Source: Octopus vulgaris
Taxonomy: Eukaryota
Assembly: GCA_951406725.2 (NCBI GenBank)
Contig: OX597819.1
Location: 57,660,001-57,724,000, forward strand
Length of the DNA stretch: 64,000 nt
Direction of reading: 5' to 3'
The notes under the pieces were generated by a model. That model did no database searches and was not told the DNA's origin. It worked only from the letters and a program-made list of their open reading frames with translations. Of the stretch, positions 1 to 12,123 are shown one piece after another. The position numbers were made by a program, and so were the translations under genes. How positions within the stretch are numbered: the first letter of the stretch is position 1; the number at the start of each line of letters is the position of its first letter.

Positions 1-3000
1 AATTGTTTCTGGTTTAGACTCCACATTCGAGTTACCGCTATTTCCAGTTTCTTCATTTCTTTTAGAGAAAAGTTGTAATCTGTTGGTATTGATACATCAT
101 TTAAAATGTATTTTTTTCTTCATGATCTCCACAACTTTAATTTCTCTATCTGTGTGTATTGGCATATCCCATAGTATTGCTGCATTCTCATTTTCTGGCG
201 TGAGCCTATACCATCTTTTTCTGTTATTCCATATTGTTGGCATAACTTCCAGTGTATGCAGGTCCTAACTGTCGTGTCTGTGAATATGTTCCTTCTTAGG
301 CAGGACTGAGCAGCCAGAGACATTATGATTTATTGTTTCTTGTTCATCTCCATACATTCTGCAGTTACTTGTTATGTTTCTTTTCATTATATGTTTTTGG
401 TAATTTCTGGTAGGGAGGCTTTGGTCTTGTGCTGCAATTAAAATTCTTTCAGTTTCTGCTTTGAGTCCTGAGCTTCTCAACCATTGCTGGGATTTTGCTT
501 TGTCTATTTTTTGCGTTTAGTTTAATGCTATGAAGGGGTTTTTCTTGCTATCGTTTTATCATAATCCGTTGCTGTTCTAGTTTTAGTTTGGATTTCATTT
601 GTTTTATAGCTTTTGTTGTTTCTTCTTTTTCTTCATTGTTCTTAGGTAGTATGACTTCTTGTTTGTATTTGTCATCTTCCTTAAAGACTGAAAACAGTTT
701 TTGTTTTGTTCGTGTTTTGTGGCTATTTGCATTAGTTTTCCTTGCTTCTGAAGTAAATATTTTTGTAGTTCTAAAGTGTTTATTTTGTAATAGTTTTCTA
801 GCTGTATATACGTTGTATATATAGCCTTTCTGTGTCTGATTTTGGGTGATGTATCCTAAATCCTGCCATTATTTTCCTTGTTTTCTGTCTATTTTGATTA
901 GTTCATTTAATGTCCAGTAAGGATATTGTAGTTGTAACTTATAACTGGAACGGCTAAATTGTTGATACCTATTATCTTGTTTATCGCATTGAGCTCTATT
1001 CTCAGTATTAATCTAACTCGTATATAGTATTCTGTTTTTTCTTTATTTTCTCTTTAATTTGTGCGTGTTGTATCGTATCTAGTTCATTGATTCCTAGATA
1101 TTTGTATGTCTAGCTTTTGTCTAATTCTCATATTTCATTTGCTTTATCTAGTGTGATGTTGCTACTGGTAAATAGTTTTCCTCTTTTCAAGGTTGCTTTG
1201 GCATATTTTTCTAAGCCAAATTTCATATATATTTCTTTGATAAATCCACGTACTGTCTGTAGTAATGTTTCCAGCTGTTTATGATTTGTAGCGTACAGTT
1301 TTAGGTCAGCCACATATATAAGGTGGCGGATTGTTTTGTCGTAACTGTTGTTTCGGCATTCAGTTCTGTTTAGCATGTCAGATAAAGCTGTCAGTGTCAA
1401 GCAAAAAAGGAGTGGAGAGAGCGTGTCTCCCTAGAACATTCCTCTTCTAATGGGAATGGTTTTGGTTTTTATGAGGCCCTCTTTTGTTTGGCGCTGTAGC
1501 ACAGTCTACCATTTATTAATGGAATGTGTTATATATTTTATGGTTATTGGTGCTACCTTGTTCGTGGCTAGTGTTTCTAGGATCCATGTGTGGGAAATAC
1601 TATCAAAAGCCTTTCGATAATCGATCCAGGTCATACTTAGATTCTTCTTTTTGCTTCTGTCTTCAGTTATGGCCTTATTGATCATTAGTTGAACTTTACA
1701 GCCGTATGAGCCCTTGCAACATCACTTCTCCTCTTCTGGAAACGGGTTGTTTTCTTCCAGATCCTTGCTCATTCTCGGCGATATTATTCCAGTAAAGGAT
1801 TTGTGAATTGTAAGGTGTTATTGACAAGTTATTGGTCTGTAATTCTGAGGATAATTTTCCCCTCCGTGAGCCATTCAGGAATTGTATCTGGCTCCGCTTG
1901 TATGTAATTAAATTTCTCAGCCAGCTTTTTATTTGCTCCTGTCAGATATTTTAACCAGAAGTTGGGAAGCTTATCGTGCCCGGGTGCCTTCCAGTTGCTT
2001 CGGTTTTGCAGTTGTTATAGTGTGACAAAGTTGTTCGGGTGTTGAGCACGTTGTTTTGATAGACCCTTTCTGAGGTTGTTCCTTCGCCGACCATATTTTC
2101 CAAAATTCTTCCACCTCTGCTGTTGGTGCTCGATTGATGTCTATTCTATTTTTGCCAAGTTCTTGGTAGAATCGTTTGGGGTTGAACTGTTTGTTTTGTC
2201 CAAAGAAACGTTGGCGTTTCTCATACCGACTGATTCTTTGTGCTTTGGCAACGATATCTTGCTTTAGCTGGCTTTTTTTTTTACCTCAGGTCAACCTTTT
2301 TCTGTAAGTTTGTATTTACACAGTATTTTTGTTCTCTTCTTGTTGCTTAGTAGTGGTGATTGTCTACTAGTTTCGTTAAGGATTGACAGATATTTTCTCT
2401 TTTTTACTATTTTTTTTCTGGAAATTATTTATCCAGAGGGTTTGTTTCAGTGGTGGTACTCCTATTTGGATGGGTTTGAAGGAGTATCCATCTTTTTTTG
2501 TGGCCACAGCGGCTGCTGCATATATTATATCATTCAGCCTGGTCATACTGACATTTGTTTCTGTGGCTATTAGTTCCGTGGCGGACAGGTTCCTGCTATT
2601 TACTATTGATGTTGTTTTAGTATCAATTATAATTTTTGGGAGGTAAAATCGGTGGTTCATACTGAGATCTGTGGCTTTCGGTTCTTTGATTATGCTCATT
2701 TTTGGAGTATCATAATCATTAGATTCACCTTCACTGTTTCCTTGTTTGAGATTTGTTTCGTACCCCAACCCCATTCATATTTTTCTCTGTGATGTTCTGG
2801 TTTGGTGTTTGTTGCTCATCATAATACATTCCTACGGACCGGGTTTGCTGTCTTTTGTTGTTTACTTTGCTTTTGTTTGAAATGTTACGTCTGTCTTCGT
2901 GTTTTACAGTACCAGTGCTCATGATATTTGACATTGCTGTGTGGTTACTATCTACGTTTTCCTGATGTATTTTTCCTTTTAAGTGTTCTATATATTTCTG

Positions 3001-3745
3001 ACATATTTTTGCTTTGAGAATATATCTTCATATGTTAGCTAGTTTATTAGGGCTCATTTCTGTATCCAAGTCTTTATCTAAGTTATTTTTCTTCCAGATT
3101 TTATATGTATATCTTGTGGTGTTTTCGTTCTTTGGGTAAAGCACTGCTGTAAAATAAGCGTGTAGGATTGAAATATATTCCTCTCGTGTCCATTTATGCT
3201 TTTTAGGTTTTATTTGCGGGATATGAGGAATAACATCCGGCCCTTTATTTTGACGATCATCATTTTCGTAGGGTACCAGACCGTTCATGTCTGGTGTTAA
3301 ATGGTATTTCACGTGTAGTTTTTCCCTTTATTTTTGTGTAACAAGTTTAAAGTACGTACTTCTCGATTGTTATTCTTGGACTGAGTAATACCGGTATTAT
3401 TTAATTTATTTTAAATTTTTTGTGCATGGTGTTTGGCGACGGAGATGTTCTGGTGTTGATTGGATCGTAATGTGGTGAGCGTGTTTACATGTGTTGTGCG
3501 AGCAATTGAGATAATATACAGTTAAAATACACCATTTCATTTGGAAAATATAAATTAATTTCAATTAGTATTACTTACTCGGATATAGTTCAACAATTTG
3601 TCAGTTACTTTTAGCTCCATATGATGTCTTTATTCTTAATGTTTTGGACAGATTTCGGAGCAGTGTTTTATCACTCTCATATCTTAAACGTCCCCGATTT
3701 ATTTGCTAAAAATCTCTGCTATATTTCGTTAAACGTCCCCGGTGT
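1..3745 (-). mobile_element. Decayed R4/Dong-like non-LTR retrotransposon (RT plus C-terminal zinc finger and restriction-like endonuclease); 3' end runs off the window
   Basis: Minus-strand fragments: KWTREEYISILHAYFTA (N-term, ~3140-3195), KAPGHDKLPNFWLK (~1950-1990), WIDYRKAFDSISHTWILETL (~1570-1630), RGMF*GDTLSPLL (~1410-1446), HLIYVADLKLYA (decayed YxDD), and LKAETERILIAAQDQSLPTRNY..CRM..ETINHNVSGC..HRHD (265-480), typical of R4/Dong. Many stops and frameshifts. The 5' end abuts an (AAT)n/(AAG)n tract. Confidence 0.88.
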
Positions 3746-3747
3746 AT

Positions 3748-3749
3748 TT

Positions 3750-3780
<31 letters not shown>

Positions 3781-3789
3781 TTATTCTTC

Positions 3790-3844
<55 letters not shown>

Positions 3845-3847
3845 CAA

Positions 3848-3884
<37 letters not shown>

Positions 3885-3890
3885 TTTATT
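3748..3890. repeat. (CTT)n/(ATT)n compound microsatellite, probable Dong target site
   Basis: Read directly; lies against the 5' end of the R4/Dong-like element. Confidence 0.95.
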
Positions 3891-4240
3891 GAAAACGATA
3901 CAATTTCTAATTAAAAAGGATTTATTGACTATATTAAATACACCAATATTTAAGATTTTCGGACACAAAGTTTGAGGTTTTAGAAGCCTAAAGAGTGACA
4001 GGCTGATTTATCAAAGCCCGTCATGCTACAAGTATGTTCATTGCCGATTCGATCATTCACATTATACATGAAGATAGAACGGTTTTATTTTGACATAGGG
4101 GATTATCGCAAACATGAAAATGTATTTGTGCACCATTATGTCAAACGCGGCTATAGAGAATGACAATTAAAGTAAATGGTAAATTGAAATTTTTGACGTT
4201 TAAAATTTCTTTAGATAAATGGCACCATTTCAAAAGTGAT

Positions 4241-4435
4241 ACTCTTTTACTTGTTTCAGTCATTTGGCTGCGGCCATGCTGGAGCACCGCCTTTAGTCGA
4301 GCAAATCGACCCCCAGACCTTATTCTGTGTAAGCCTAGTTATTATTGTATAGGGCTCTTTTGCCGAATCGTTAAGTTACGGGGACGTAAATACACCAGCA
4401 TCGGTTGTCAAGCGATGTTGGGGGGACAGATACAC

Positions 4436-4466
<31 letters not shown>

Positions 4467-4630
4467 CGACGGGCTTCTTTTCAGTTTCCGTCTACCAAAT
4501 CCACTCACAAGTCTTTGGCTGATCCGAGGCTATATTAGAAGACACTTGCACAAGGTGACAGGCCGTGGGACTGGACCCGGAACCATGTGGTTGGTAGGCA
4601 AGCTACTTACCACACAGCCACTCCTGCGCC
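4241..4630 (-). mobile_element. tRNA-derived SINE, family A (GGCGCAGGAGTGGCTGTGTGG head, internal AT/GT tract, ATGACTGAAACAAGTAAAAGAG tail)
   Basis: A/B-box-like head at the 4630 end; homologous to copies at 17507-17887 and 45125-45488. Confidence 0.85.
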
Positions 4631-4899
4631 TATAGTTACCACACAACCACTCCTGCATGAAATTTACCAACATGCTTAAAAAATATATATCCTTGTTTCA
4701 AACAAATACTTTCTCATCCACCTATTATAATCTACACGAAATAAAAATATGTGAACTATTAAGCAGAAATTGTAATCGAAGTAGAAACTTCATTGGAATT
4801 CCTGAACTCTATAACCCGATAAACAGCCGCATGGGAGATATAAATACTTCATTTTGGAATAACACGAGTCAAGTCAGCTCTATCGCAAATTATAACAGA

Positions 4900-5130
4900 A
4901 ATGTTATGATCCCTACAGAAGGTGAGACCTTTAACGATTCCCATTCAGTGTATACACCGGAATGCACCAAACACAATTTGATATATATTGGTTGTAAAAA
5001 ATGAACATTTATATTAAATATTTAATGAAGTCAGGCACAAGAGTCGTTCGTCGGAAATTGCCGAACATTTTACATCAAAGTATTGTAAATTTGAGGAATA
5101 CTTGAACTAACATATTCGCAGAAAATATTC
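4900..5130 (+). pseudogene. Relic GIY-YIG endonuclease, probably from a Penelope-like element
   Basis: Translation SVYTPECTKHNLIYIG matches the (V/I)Y..C..YIG motif; downstream SSEIAEHFTSKYCKFEEYL resembles the conserved 'A.HF' segment. Contains stops. Confidence 0.55.
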
Positions 5131-5189
5131 TAACTTCACCGATGTTTCAGTCCTGAAAATGCATGCGAATACATATATTTGAGAATTAC

Positions 5190-5545
5190 TCTACAAAACC
5201 TTTTGGGCAAGCGGTGAGTGTATCTCTGTGTGTGGATGTTTCTGTGTGTGTCTGTATGAGCGCGCGTTTGTGTGTGTGTGTGAGTGCCTGTGATGTATGT
5301 GTGTGTGCGTGTGTGTGCGTGTCTGTCTGCATCTGTGATTTTGACCCCACCTCTTGACAGCCGGTGTTCGTTTATTTACATCACCGTAATTTAACGGTCC
5401 GGCAAAGAGGAGTGAAAGAATACGAGTACCGGACATAACGAATAAATACTGGAGCAGATCCGTTCGACTAAATCCTCCAAGGCCGTGCTCCAACATGGCC
5501 CTCTTCCAACGCCATGACTGAAACGCGTAAAAGTGACAAGGTAAA
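5190..5545 (+). mobile_element. Diverged 3' part of a family A-like SINE
   Basis: (GT)-rich tract, CTTGACAGCCGGTGTT..CGTAATTTAACGGTCCGGCAAA, then a GTGCTCCAACATGGCC..ATGACTGAAAC tail. Confidence 0.7.
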
Positions 5546-5959
5546 AGGCTTGTGCTCCACTTCATGACACTTCCAGGAAAACTATTGAGCAAACTGACAA
5601 CCCAAATGATATGTTGCCAAATAAAGTATCATTTTTGGCATCGGGGAATCTCACCAGTTTCTTCAGAATCTAACTTTTATCAAAAGAAGCATGCTTTGTG
5701 TCTCGTTAGCAACTCAGTTGTTTAGCAATTGACAAGATAATTAGCTCTACACTGCGTTTCATGTTGCAGTAAATAGGTGATGTATGGAGAAAAAGATTGC
5801 TTCTAAACTTATTAACCAAGAAAATATCGATTTCTTTGTTAGCTTTCGGAATTACTGTCTAGACTTCCCTGTGCTGCTAAGTCTCCTCTGCATAACATCT
5901 GAGACTATGGGACAAATTTCAGCAACGTCTATCTGGATTTCTGCTAAATAAAAGATACT

Positions 5960-6400
5960 GATGATGAAGAAGGGGAAGAAGAAGAAGAAGAAGAAGAAGG
6001 AGGAGGAGGAGGAGGAGGAGGAGGAGGAAAAGAAGAAATAGACGAAGAAGAAGAAGAAAAAGCAAAAGAAGAAGAAGAAGAAGAAGAAGAGAAGAATAAG
6101 TAGAAGAAGATGAGAAGAAGAAGTAGAAGAAGAAGAAGAAGATAAGAAGAAGAATTAGAAGAAGAAGAAAGAGAAGAAGTAGAAGGAGAAGAAAGAGAAG
6201 AAGTAGAAGAAAAAGAAGAAGAGAAGAAAAAGAAGAAGAAATAGACGAAGAAGAAGAAGAATGTTATAATATGACTATACTGACAATGAAATACCGCCAC
6301 CACAAACCACCATGATGAGGTCGATGATGTTGATGATGATGGTCATGATGAGGACGATGATACTGGTGTTAATGATGATGATGATGATCATCATCATCAT
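5960..6400. repeat. (GAA)/(GGA)/(GAT) low-complexity purine tract
   Basis: Read directly. Confidence 0.9.
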
Positions 6401-6756
6401 CCTAATTATTAATGTCATCAAAGAACTGCTGTGAAGATACGTGTATAAAACAGTAAAATTGCTGAATCATAAGATAATACTGAATTAAAAGACATTACTG
6501 CTGACAGATGTGGAGAAATTTCAGATGCAGTGTCTCACAGAGTGTACAATCAATAATCATTCTGAGTCGACCAGCAAGCCACTAAATAATCGTTATATGA
6601 CCTACTAGAATTGTCTATGAAATTTCCTTCATAACCTATAATCCAGATGTCCCCAACCAGTACCGGAATGCACAGAAAAGATAAAAATTTAAATTATATT
6701 TTTATTATAGTCACAGTCGCTATCTAGTAAGCGTTTTTGTAATATATATAATATAT

Positions 6757-6893
6757 AATTCCGCCGAGGTTGACTTTGCCTTTTATCCTTTCGGTGTCGA
6801 TAAATTAAGTACTAGTTGCCCACTGGGGTCAGTCTTATCGACTGGCCCCCTACCCCAAAATTTTGGGCCTTGTACCAAGAGTAGAAAAGAATA
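6757..6893 (+). mobile_element. 5'-truncated Nin/Deu-domain SINE (family C, second monomer)
   Basis: AATTCCGCCGAGGTTGACTTTGCCTTTTATCCTTTCGGTGTCGATAAATTAAGTAC core, followed by the CCCCAAAATTTTGGGCCTTGT..GTAGAAAAGAAT tail. Confidence 0.8.
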
Positions 6894-6906
6894 TACATAA
6901 TATATA

Positions 6907-7686
6907 CAGAGTTGGTCAAAAGTAACTTGATAGTAAATCAAAACTATTTAATTCCAAGACTAGAACGAAAAATTATTTTTTAAAGGACTTCCCTATTAAA
7001 TAGACAAATGTTGAAAAGGAACTATGATTTTAAATCACAGCATTCAATTACAAAACATTCATTATTTGAATGAATAAATAAAACTGAACATTAAGTATTG
7101 GGTTGTCCGGAAAGTTCGTGCTGATTTTTAAAGGAAAGAAAAAATACATGCCAGTATATTTTTAAGCAGCCAAATATAAACCATTTTGTTGCACAATGCG
7201 TCTCCACCTTTCCTTTAACTTGAAAATACCCTCTTCCCGGAACTGAGGTGGTTTCATGGCAAAGAAAATCATCAAGGTAGTTTTTTTTGAAATTTTTACC
7301 ATTAACACTATTCTGCAGAGACCTGAATAAGTTGAAATCCGAAGGAGCAATATCTGGTGAATATGGAGGGAGGGGTAACACATCCCAGCCGAGCTGCAGC
7401 AATTTTTGTCTGGTTCTCAAACATCAAGTACCGAAAATGAACTTTCTTATTTCCCTTTTAAAGGGTTACAGAATTAACACAGGTTATAGGAACATAAACC
7501 TTCTTCCACGAAAAGATAGATTAAACTGTGCTCAAAATGGAGGTGTAGTCAAATCCTATTTTATTGTCTTAACCATGTTCTAAAATAATTCAAAAGGTAA
7601 GCTACTATAAATCGGTACGAACTTTCCAGACAACCCAATATTTATGGAATTTTTATTTACTGTCGGGTGACGTTTGGTCAACCCTG
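6907..7686. mobile_element. Old Tc1/mariner-type MITE (CAG..CTG ends, TA flanks) interrupted by a mariner insertion
   Basis: 6907-6938 matches the reverse complement of 7655-7686 at 24/32 positions; both ends are flanked by TA. Confidence 0.6.
7098..7638 (-). mobile_element. Internally deleted mariner (DD34D-type) transposon
   Basis: 30-bp TIRs (TTGGGTTGTCCGGAAAGTTCGTGCTGATTT, 27/30 match), TA at both ends; transposase C-terminus LGWDVLPLPPYSPDIAPSDFNLFRSLQN..EGIFKLKERWRRIVQQNG. Confidence 0.92.
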
Positions 7687-7732
7687 TATGTAATATATAT
7701 GTAATATTTAAGTATCATATATGTAGTAAGTA

Positions 7733-8060
7733 ATGGCATGTGACTAAGTGGTTAGTGTATTCGGCTCATAATCGGAAGGTCGTGAGTTTGAAAACCGGTG
7801 ACATATTGCATCCTTCAGCAAGACACTTCATTTCACGTTGCTCCAATTCACTCAGCTGGCAAATATGAGTAGTTCCTGTAATTGAAAGGGCCAGTCTTAT
7901 CCCATTCAATATCACGCTGAATCTCAATAGGATATACGTTAAGGGTACGCGCGTCTGTGGAGTGCTGAGTCACTTAAATGTTAATTTCAGGAGCAGGCTG
8001 ATCGGTTGATCGGATCAACTGGAATCGTCCCTCGTCGTCGTAACCGACGGAATGCCAGCA
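7733..8060 (+). mobile_element. tRNA-derived SINE with central conserved domain and family B tail
   Basis: Decayed tRNA-like head, then GCAAGACACTTCATTTCACGTTGCTCC..CACTCAGCTGG, then the TACGTTAAGGGTAC..CCTCGTCGTCGTAACCGACGG tail. Confidence 0.8.
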
Positions 8061-10187
8061 TATGTATAGTAACTAAATTATATATTTATGTGCTTTATTG
8101 TGCTTTGCTATGGATGCGGTCCCCTGCTCCGTAGAAAGACTGTCTTACATGAAACCGATGCATGCACAAAAGTTTGGGCTGCACTGCTATAATCTTTAGA
8201 GATTAATGCACACTACAGGGTAACCCCATCAAAGTATGACTTAAACGAAGATCAGATGATGATGAGTAGAATATTTTATGCTGCAATGCGGGGTAATTTT
8301 TATGAGAGCCTATCTGATCGAGAACAAAGAACAGCAATAAAAACTAATAATGCCTTTGTAATGTTCTTTTTAAAACAAAGTTAAATATCCTTTTTCAAGA
8401 ACCAGTAATGGCCAATATTTTAAAGCATTTGCAAATGTAATTCAGTCATTTATTTAAAAGTTATAACATGAATCCAAATCATTTACTCCTTACGCTGCAC
8501 AAATAATGTCTTTCAAATATTTCACCACTGTCTGGTTTCAAAAAATTAGTTCTTCTGTTTCGAAGTACAAAAATTCTAACTAATATATCGAGAAAATGTA
8601 TAAATTATTCCATAAACATTTTAGTCGCAACACGCACTAAAACTTTAATTTGGATTATTTCTGGCGAAAAAGAATATATCACCAAATATTGCCCTAGGAT
8701 TTCTTAAATTATATTTCGTGTAAACAGAGAGTAAAATAGGAAAAGGAATTATTCTTATATATATTTGGGGCTAATTATGATATAAGATTTATTTCTGATT
8801 TTTTATTATTTTTCAGAAATTTTCAAAAAAATAACAGAATATTTTTAGAATGTTTTCACTCGGATATATTTAAAATTTCCAATAAATCATTTCTCTCAGC
8901 GTATTAAGGAAAGATTTTCTTTTCTGTTTTATTATATTGCTTGCACATTATGCAATATTTCTTGCTGATTTTAAGCAACGATTTTGGAATATTTTTCATG
9001 TGTGTGCGTGGTTTTTGTTTAATTTCTTGGTGTAATGGAAATTCATTGATTAAATTTTATTTTTATTGAAAATGGTTTCAATAATTTTATTTTGTAGACT
9101 TATTTGAAAACTGATATTTGAAATTATATAAAAATCTGTAAATATTGGCTTGTCTCGACTAAGTAGAAGGCTAAGGTGTGTATCAGCAACAGAATAGTCG
9201 ATTTCGTTAGCTTCAATATATTTCTATAGCACTTTTAGTGACTCTGGCTTAAAGAAAAAAAAACACAGTTGATTACAGAAAAAAATCCATATCTACAAGT
9301 AGATTCCCCATATTTTGATAGACAGGTAAATGAGTATTTGAAACGGATATGTAAGCTATGGCTTCACACATTGCTGACACAAATTGTTCTTGCACAGACG
9401 ATTTGCAGTCTCACAAAGGAAGAATATCTGAATACATATAAAAGGCCACCCATATAACTTACTGTACTGTTACACATAGGACATCAGTAGAATAAGCTTC
9501 AGGATGTGTTTAGTTGCTTGGACATGGAGTTTCTTACTAGACACAAAACAGTTTTTGACTTTTCTCTCCAGCCGTGCATTATATCAACTCCGTTATGTAC
9601 CAGTGTCCAGTTATGAATTCCACATATTACACACATCATTCATTTCCTTACTCTCAATTACAAACCAAACTTCTATTTATATAACGTCACTCTCTACACG
9701 AAGCATTCACATACAAACACCTCCTTCACATCTGAGGCGTTCCAATCAACTTTTGTATACTTCCATTTATACAATACCGCAAACAGTCGCAATCCAAGCA
9801 TTGGCGACAATATAAATTTTCTTTTAAAGTCACATAATTCTCAAAACGATCAAATGATTCAGAACAAAAAAATCACCCAAACACTAAACTTACAACATAT
9901 GAGCAATGTTTTCCCTCACCACTATCCACACTGCACCACACCACATCACACCACCCCGCGCACACTAGCACTGACCGCTTCCCAGCACCCACACCATCAT
10001 CCACACGCCCACACATGCACACAACCACACGTTAAGGTCACCAGCCCCTATCCACACGCACACACACGCTCTCACATACACACCCACGCGCATCTTCGTT
10101 TTGTGATCACCACTATTTTATTACTGTCTGACCACCTCTGAACGACCATCGCCATGATTGACCACTAGCTACTAAAGCTTTCTTTTT

Positions 10188-10226
<39 letters not shown>

Positions 10227-10250
10227 ATTTTCTCGTGTTTTTTTTTTATT

Positions 10251-10363
10251 TTGAAGAGCCTAGGCTCGAAACGAGAAAGACATTGTCACCTTCCCGAGCG
10301 TTAAACTATTACACCTGCTTGTTGTTTGCACACCTGACTTCGTCTTTTGTTGTTTGTAAATTC

Positions 10364-10399
<36 letters not shown>

Positions 10400-10760
10400 T
10401 GTATGTATGTATGTATGTATGTATGTATGTATGTATGTATGAGCAGAACATGGAGAAAACTTTTGATCAACAAAGAAATTGACCAACATCGGTTAATTCT
10501 TTTTTAATACAAAACATAACTTAACATTACGTAACATTTCTTACGGCTGTTTCGATTGCCGATGTCAGGCAGTGCTTACAAAGAAAATTCTGAAAATAAT
10601 AGTCGCCATCTTTATAGCACATTCTGTCTAGTACATGGAGCTTCATCAGGGTGAATATGTATTAATATGTATTACACCTTTGTTGGTCAATGTATTAAAC
10701 CGATGTTGGTCAATTTCTTTGTTGATCAAAAGTTTTCTCCATGTTCTGCTCATACATACA

Positions 10761-10828
<68 letters not shown>

Positions 10829-10883
10829 GAATTTACAAACAACAAAAGACGAAGTCAGGTGTGCAAACAACAAGCAGGTGTAA
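10251..10883. mobile_element. Penelope-like non-autonomous repeat with near-perfect inverted arms (10307-10494 / 10698-10884)
   Basis: The arms are reverse complements, including the embedded (TA)n/(TATG)n tracts. The 10450-10630 segment recurs in inverted form at ~11710-11905. A truncated HHR-like motif is at 10251-10280. Confidence 0.7.
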
Positions 10884-11108
10884 TACAAATACATATAAAA
10901 AAAACGAAGGGAGGAGGGATGATGTAAAAACAGGGCCTCGAGATGAGGCCAGAAGGCTCAATATATTAGAACCATATCATTTTGCAGTATGAAGATTGAA
11001 GTCGATAGAGAAAAACATTTATGAAGGGGTACGAGAGTGCATAAACAGTAGTAGGATAAAACTAGTCCTGAAGAAAAACAGTAATCTCCAATATATCGAG
11101 AAAACGAT

Positions 11109-11197
11109 CACCACCATCCCCTGCTGGAGCTTCGTGGAGCTTTAGGTGTTTTCGCTCAATAAACACTCACAACGCCCGGTCTGGGAATCGAAACCGG
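11109..11197 (-). mobile_element. Fragment of family B SINE
   Basis: Reverse complement of part of the 11298-11683 SINE body (CGGTTTCGATTCCCAGACCGGGCGTTGTGAG..). Confidence 0.85.
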
Positions 11198-11297
11198 TCT
11201 GGAAAACGAATAGTACTTATGATTTCGTAAATAAAGATAATTAATATTTATCCAAAACCGAACCCATAGAGTTTTATAACGGTGTACTTACTGAAAT

Positions 11298-11683
11298 GTG
11301 GAGGCGCAATGGCCCAGTGGTTAGGGCAGCGGACTCGCGGTCGTAGGATCGCGGTTTCGATTCCCAGACCGGGCGTTGTGAGTGTTTATTGAGCGAAAAC
11401 ACCTAAAGATCCACGAGGCTCCGGCAGGGGATGGTGGTGATCCCTGCTGTACTCTTTCACCACAAATTTCTCTCACTCTTTCTTCCTGTTTCTGTTGTAC
11501 CTGTATTTCAAAGGGCCGGCCTTGTCACTCTCTGTGTCATGCTGAATATCCCCGAGAACTACGTTAAGGGTACACGTGTCTGTGGAGTGCTCAGCCACTT
11601 ACAGGTTAATTTCACGAGCAGGCTGTTCCGTTGATCGGATCAACCGGAACCCTCGTCGTCGGAACCGACGGAGTGCTTCCAAA
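11298..11683 (+). mobile_element. Full-length tRNA-derived SINE, family B (GGAGGCGCAATGGCCCAGTGG head), with 12-bp TSD
   Basis: A box TGGCCCAGTGG, B-box-like GGTTTCGATTCC; TSD ACTTACTGAAAT at 11286-11297 and 11684-11695. Confidence 0.93.
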
Positions 11684-12032
11684 ACTTACTGAAATATTCA
11701 AGAGACCACATACTAGATAGAATGTGTTATAAGAATGGTTAGTATTATTTTCAGAATTTTCTTCGTAAGCACCGATTGACATTGGTTGCCGTAACGGCCG
11801 TAAGAAATGTTATTTAATGTTATGTTATGTTATGTTTTGTATTAAAATTTAATTAGCCGATGTTGGTCAATTTGTTGACCAAAAGTTTTCTCCATTTTCT
11901 GCTTATTTAAATTTGAGTCCTGATAAACTTTTGTTTATTCCGTTATTACCTGCATCATATGAGCACAGTGTGCTTGCATACCCATGCCCAGGGATAACAT
12001 AGGCAGATGATACCGGTAGTAAGAACACACAT

Positions 12033-12064
<32 letters not shown>

Positions 12065-12123
12065 TTATTTATATTTATATATTCGCGCGCACGTATGTCT
12101 ATTCTGCATAACCTAATTGACAC

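Noticed and set aside
5135-5170. Possible hammerhead downstream of the GIY-YIG relic
   Set aside because: Core (CCGATGT) and stems do not fit well enough.
5944-6303. Poly-S/P or poly-E/G ORF
   Set aside because: Trinucleotide repeat tract.
9500-10140. A/C-rich stretch resembling the 3' part of an I/Jockey-group LINE
   Set aside because: Too decayed; no diagnostic motif could be read with confidence.
10525-10656. CTGATGA..GAAAC AGCC GTA on the minus strand as one long hammerhead
   Set aside because: No stem I or II pairing links this CTGATGA to the GAAAC/GTA part, and the homologous copy at ~11700-11810 lacks it.
11298-11375. tRNA gene
   Set aside because: No proper acceptor stem; it continues into a SINE body with a TSD. 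The same holds for the other tRNA-like heads.
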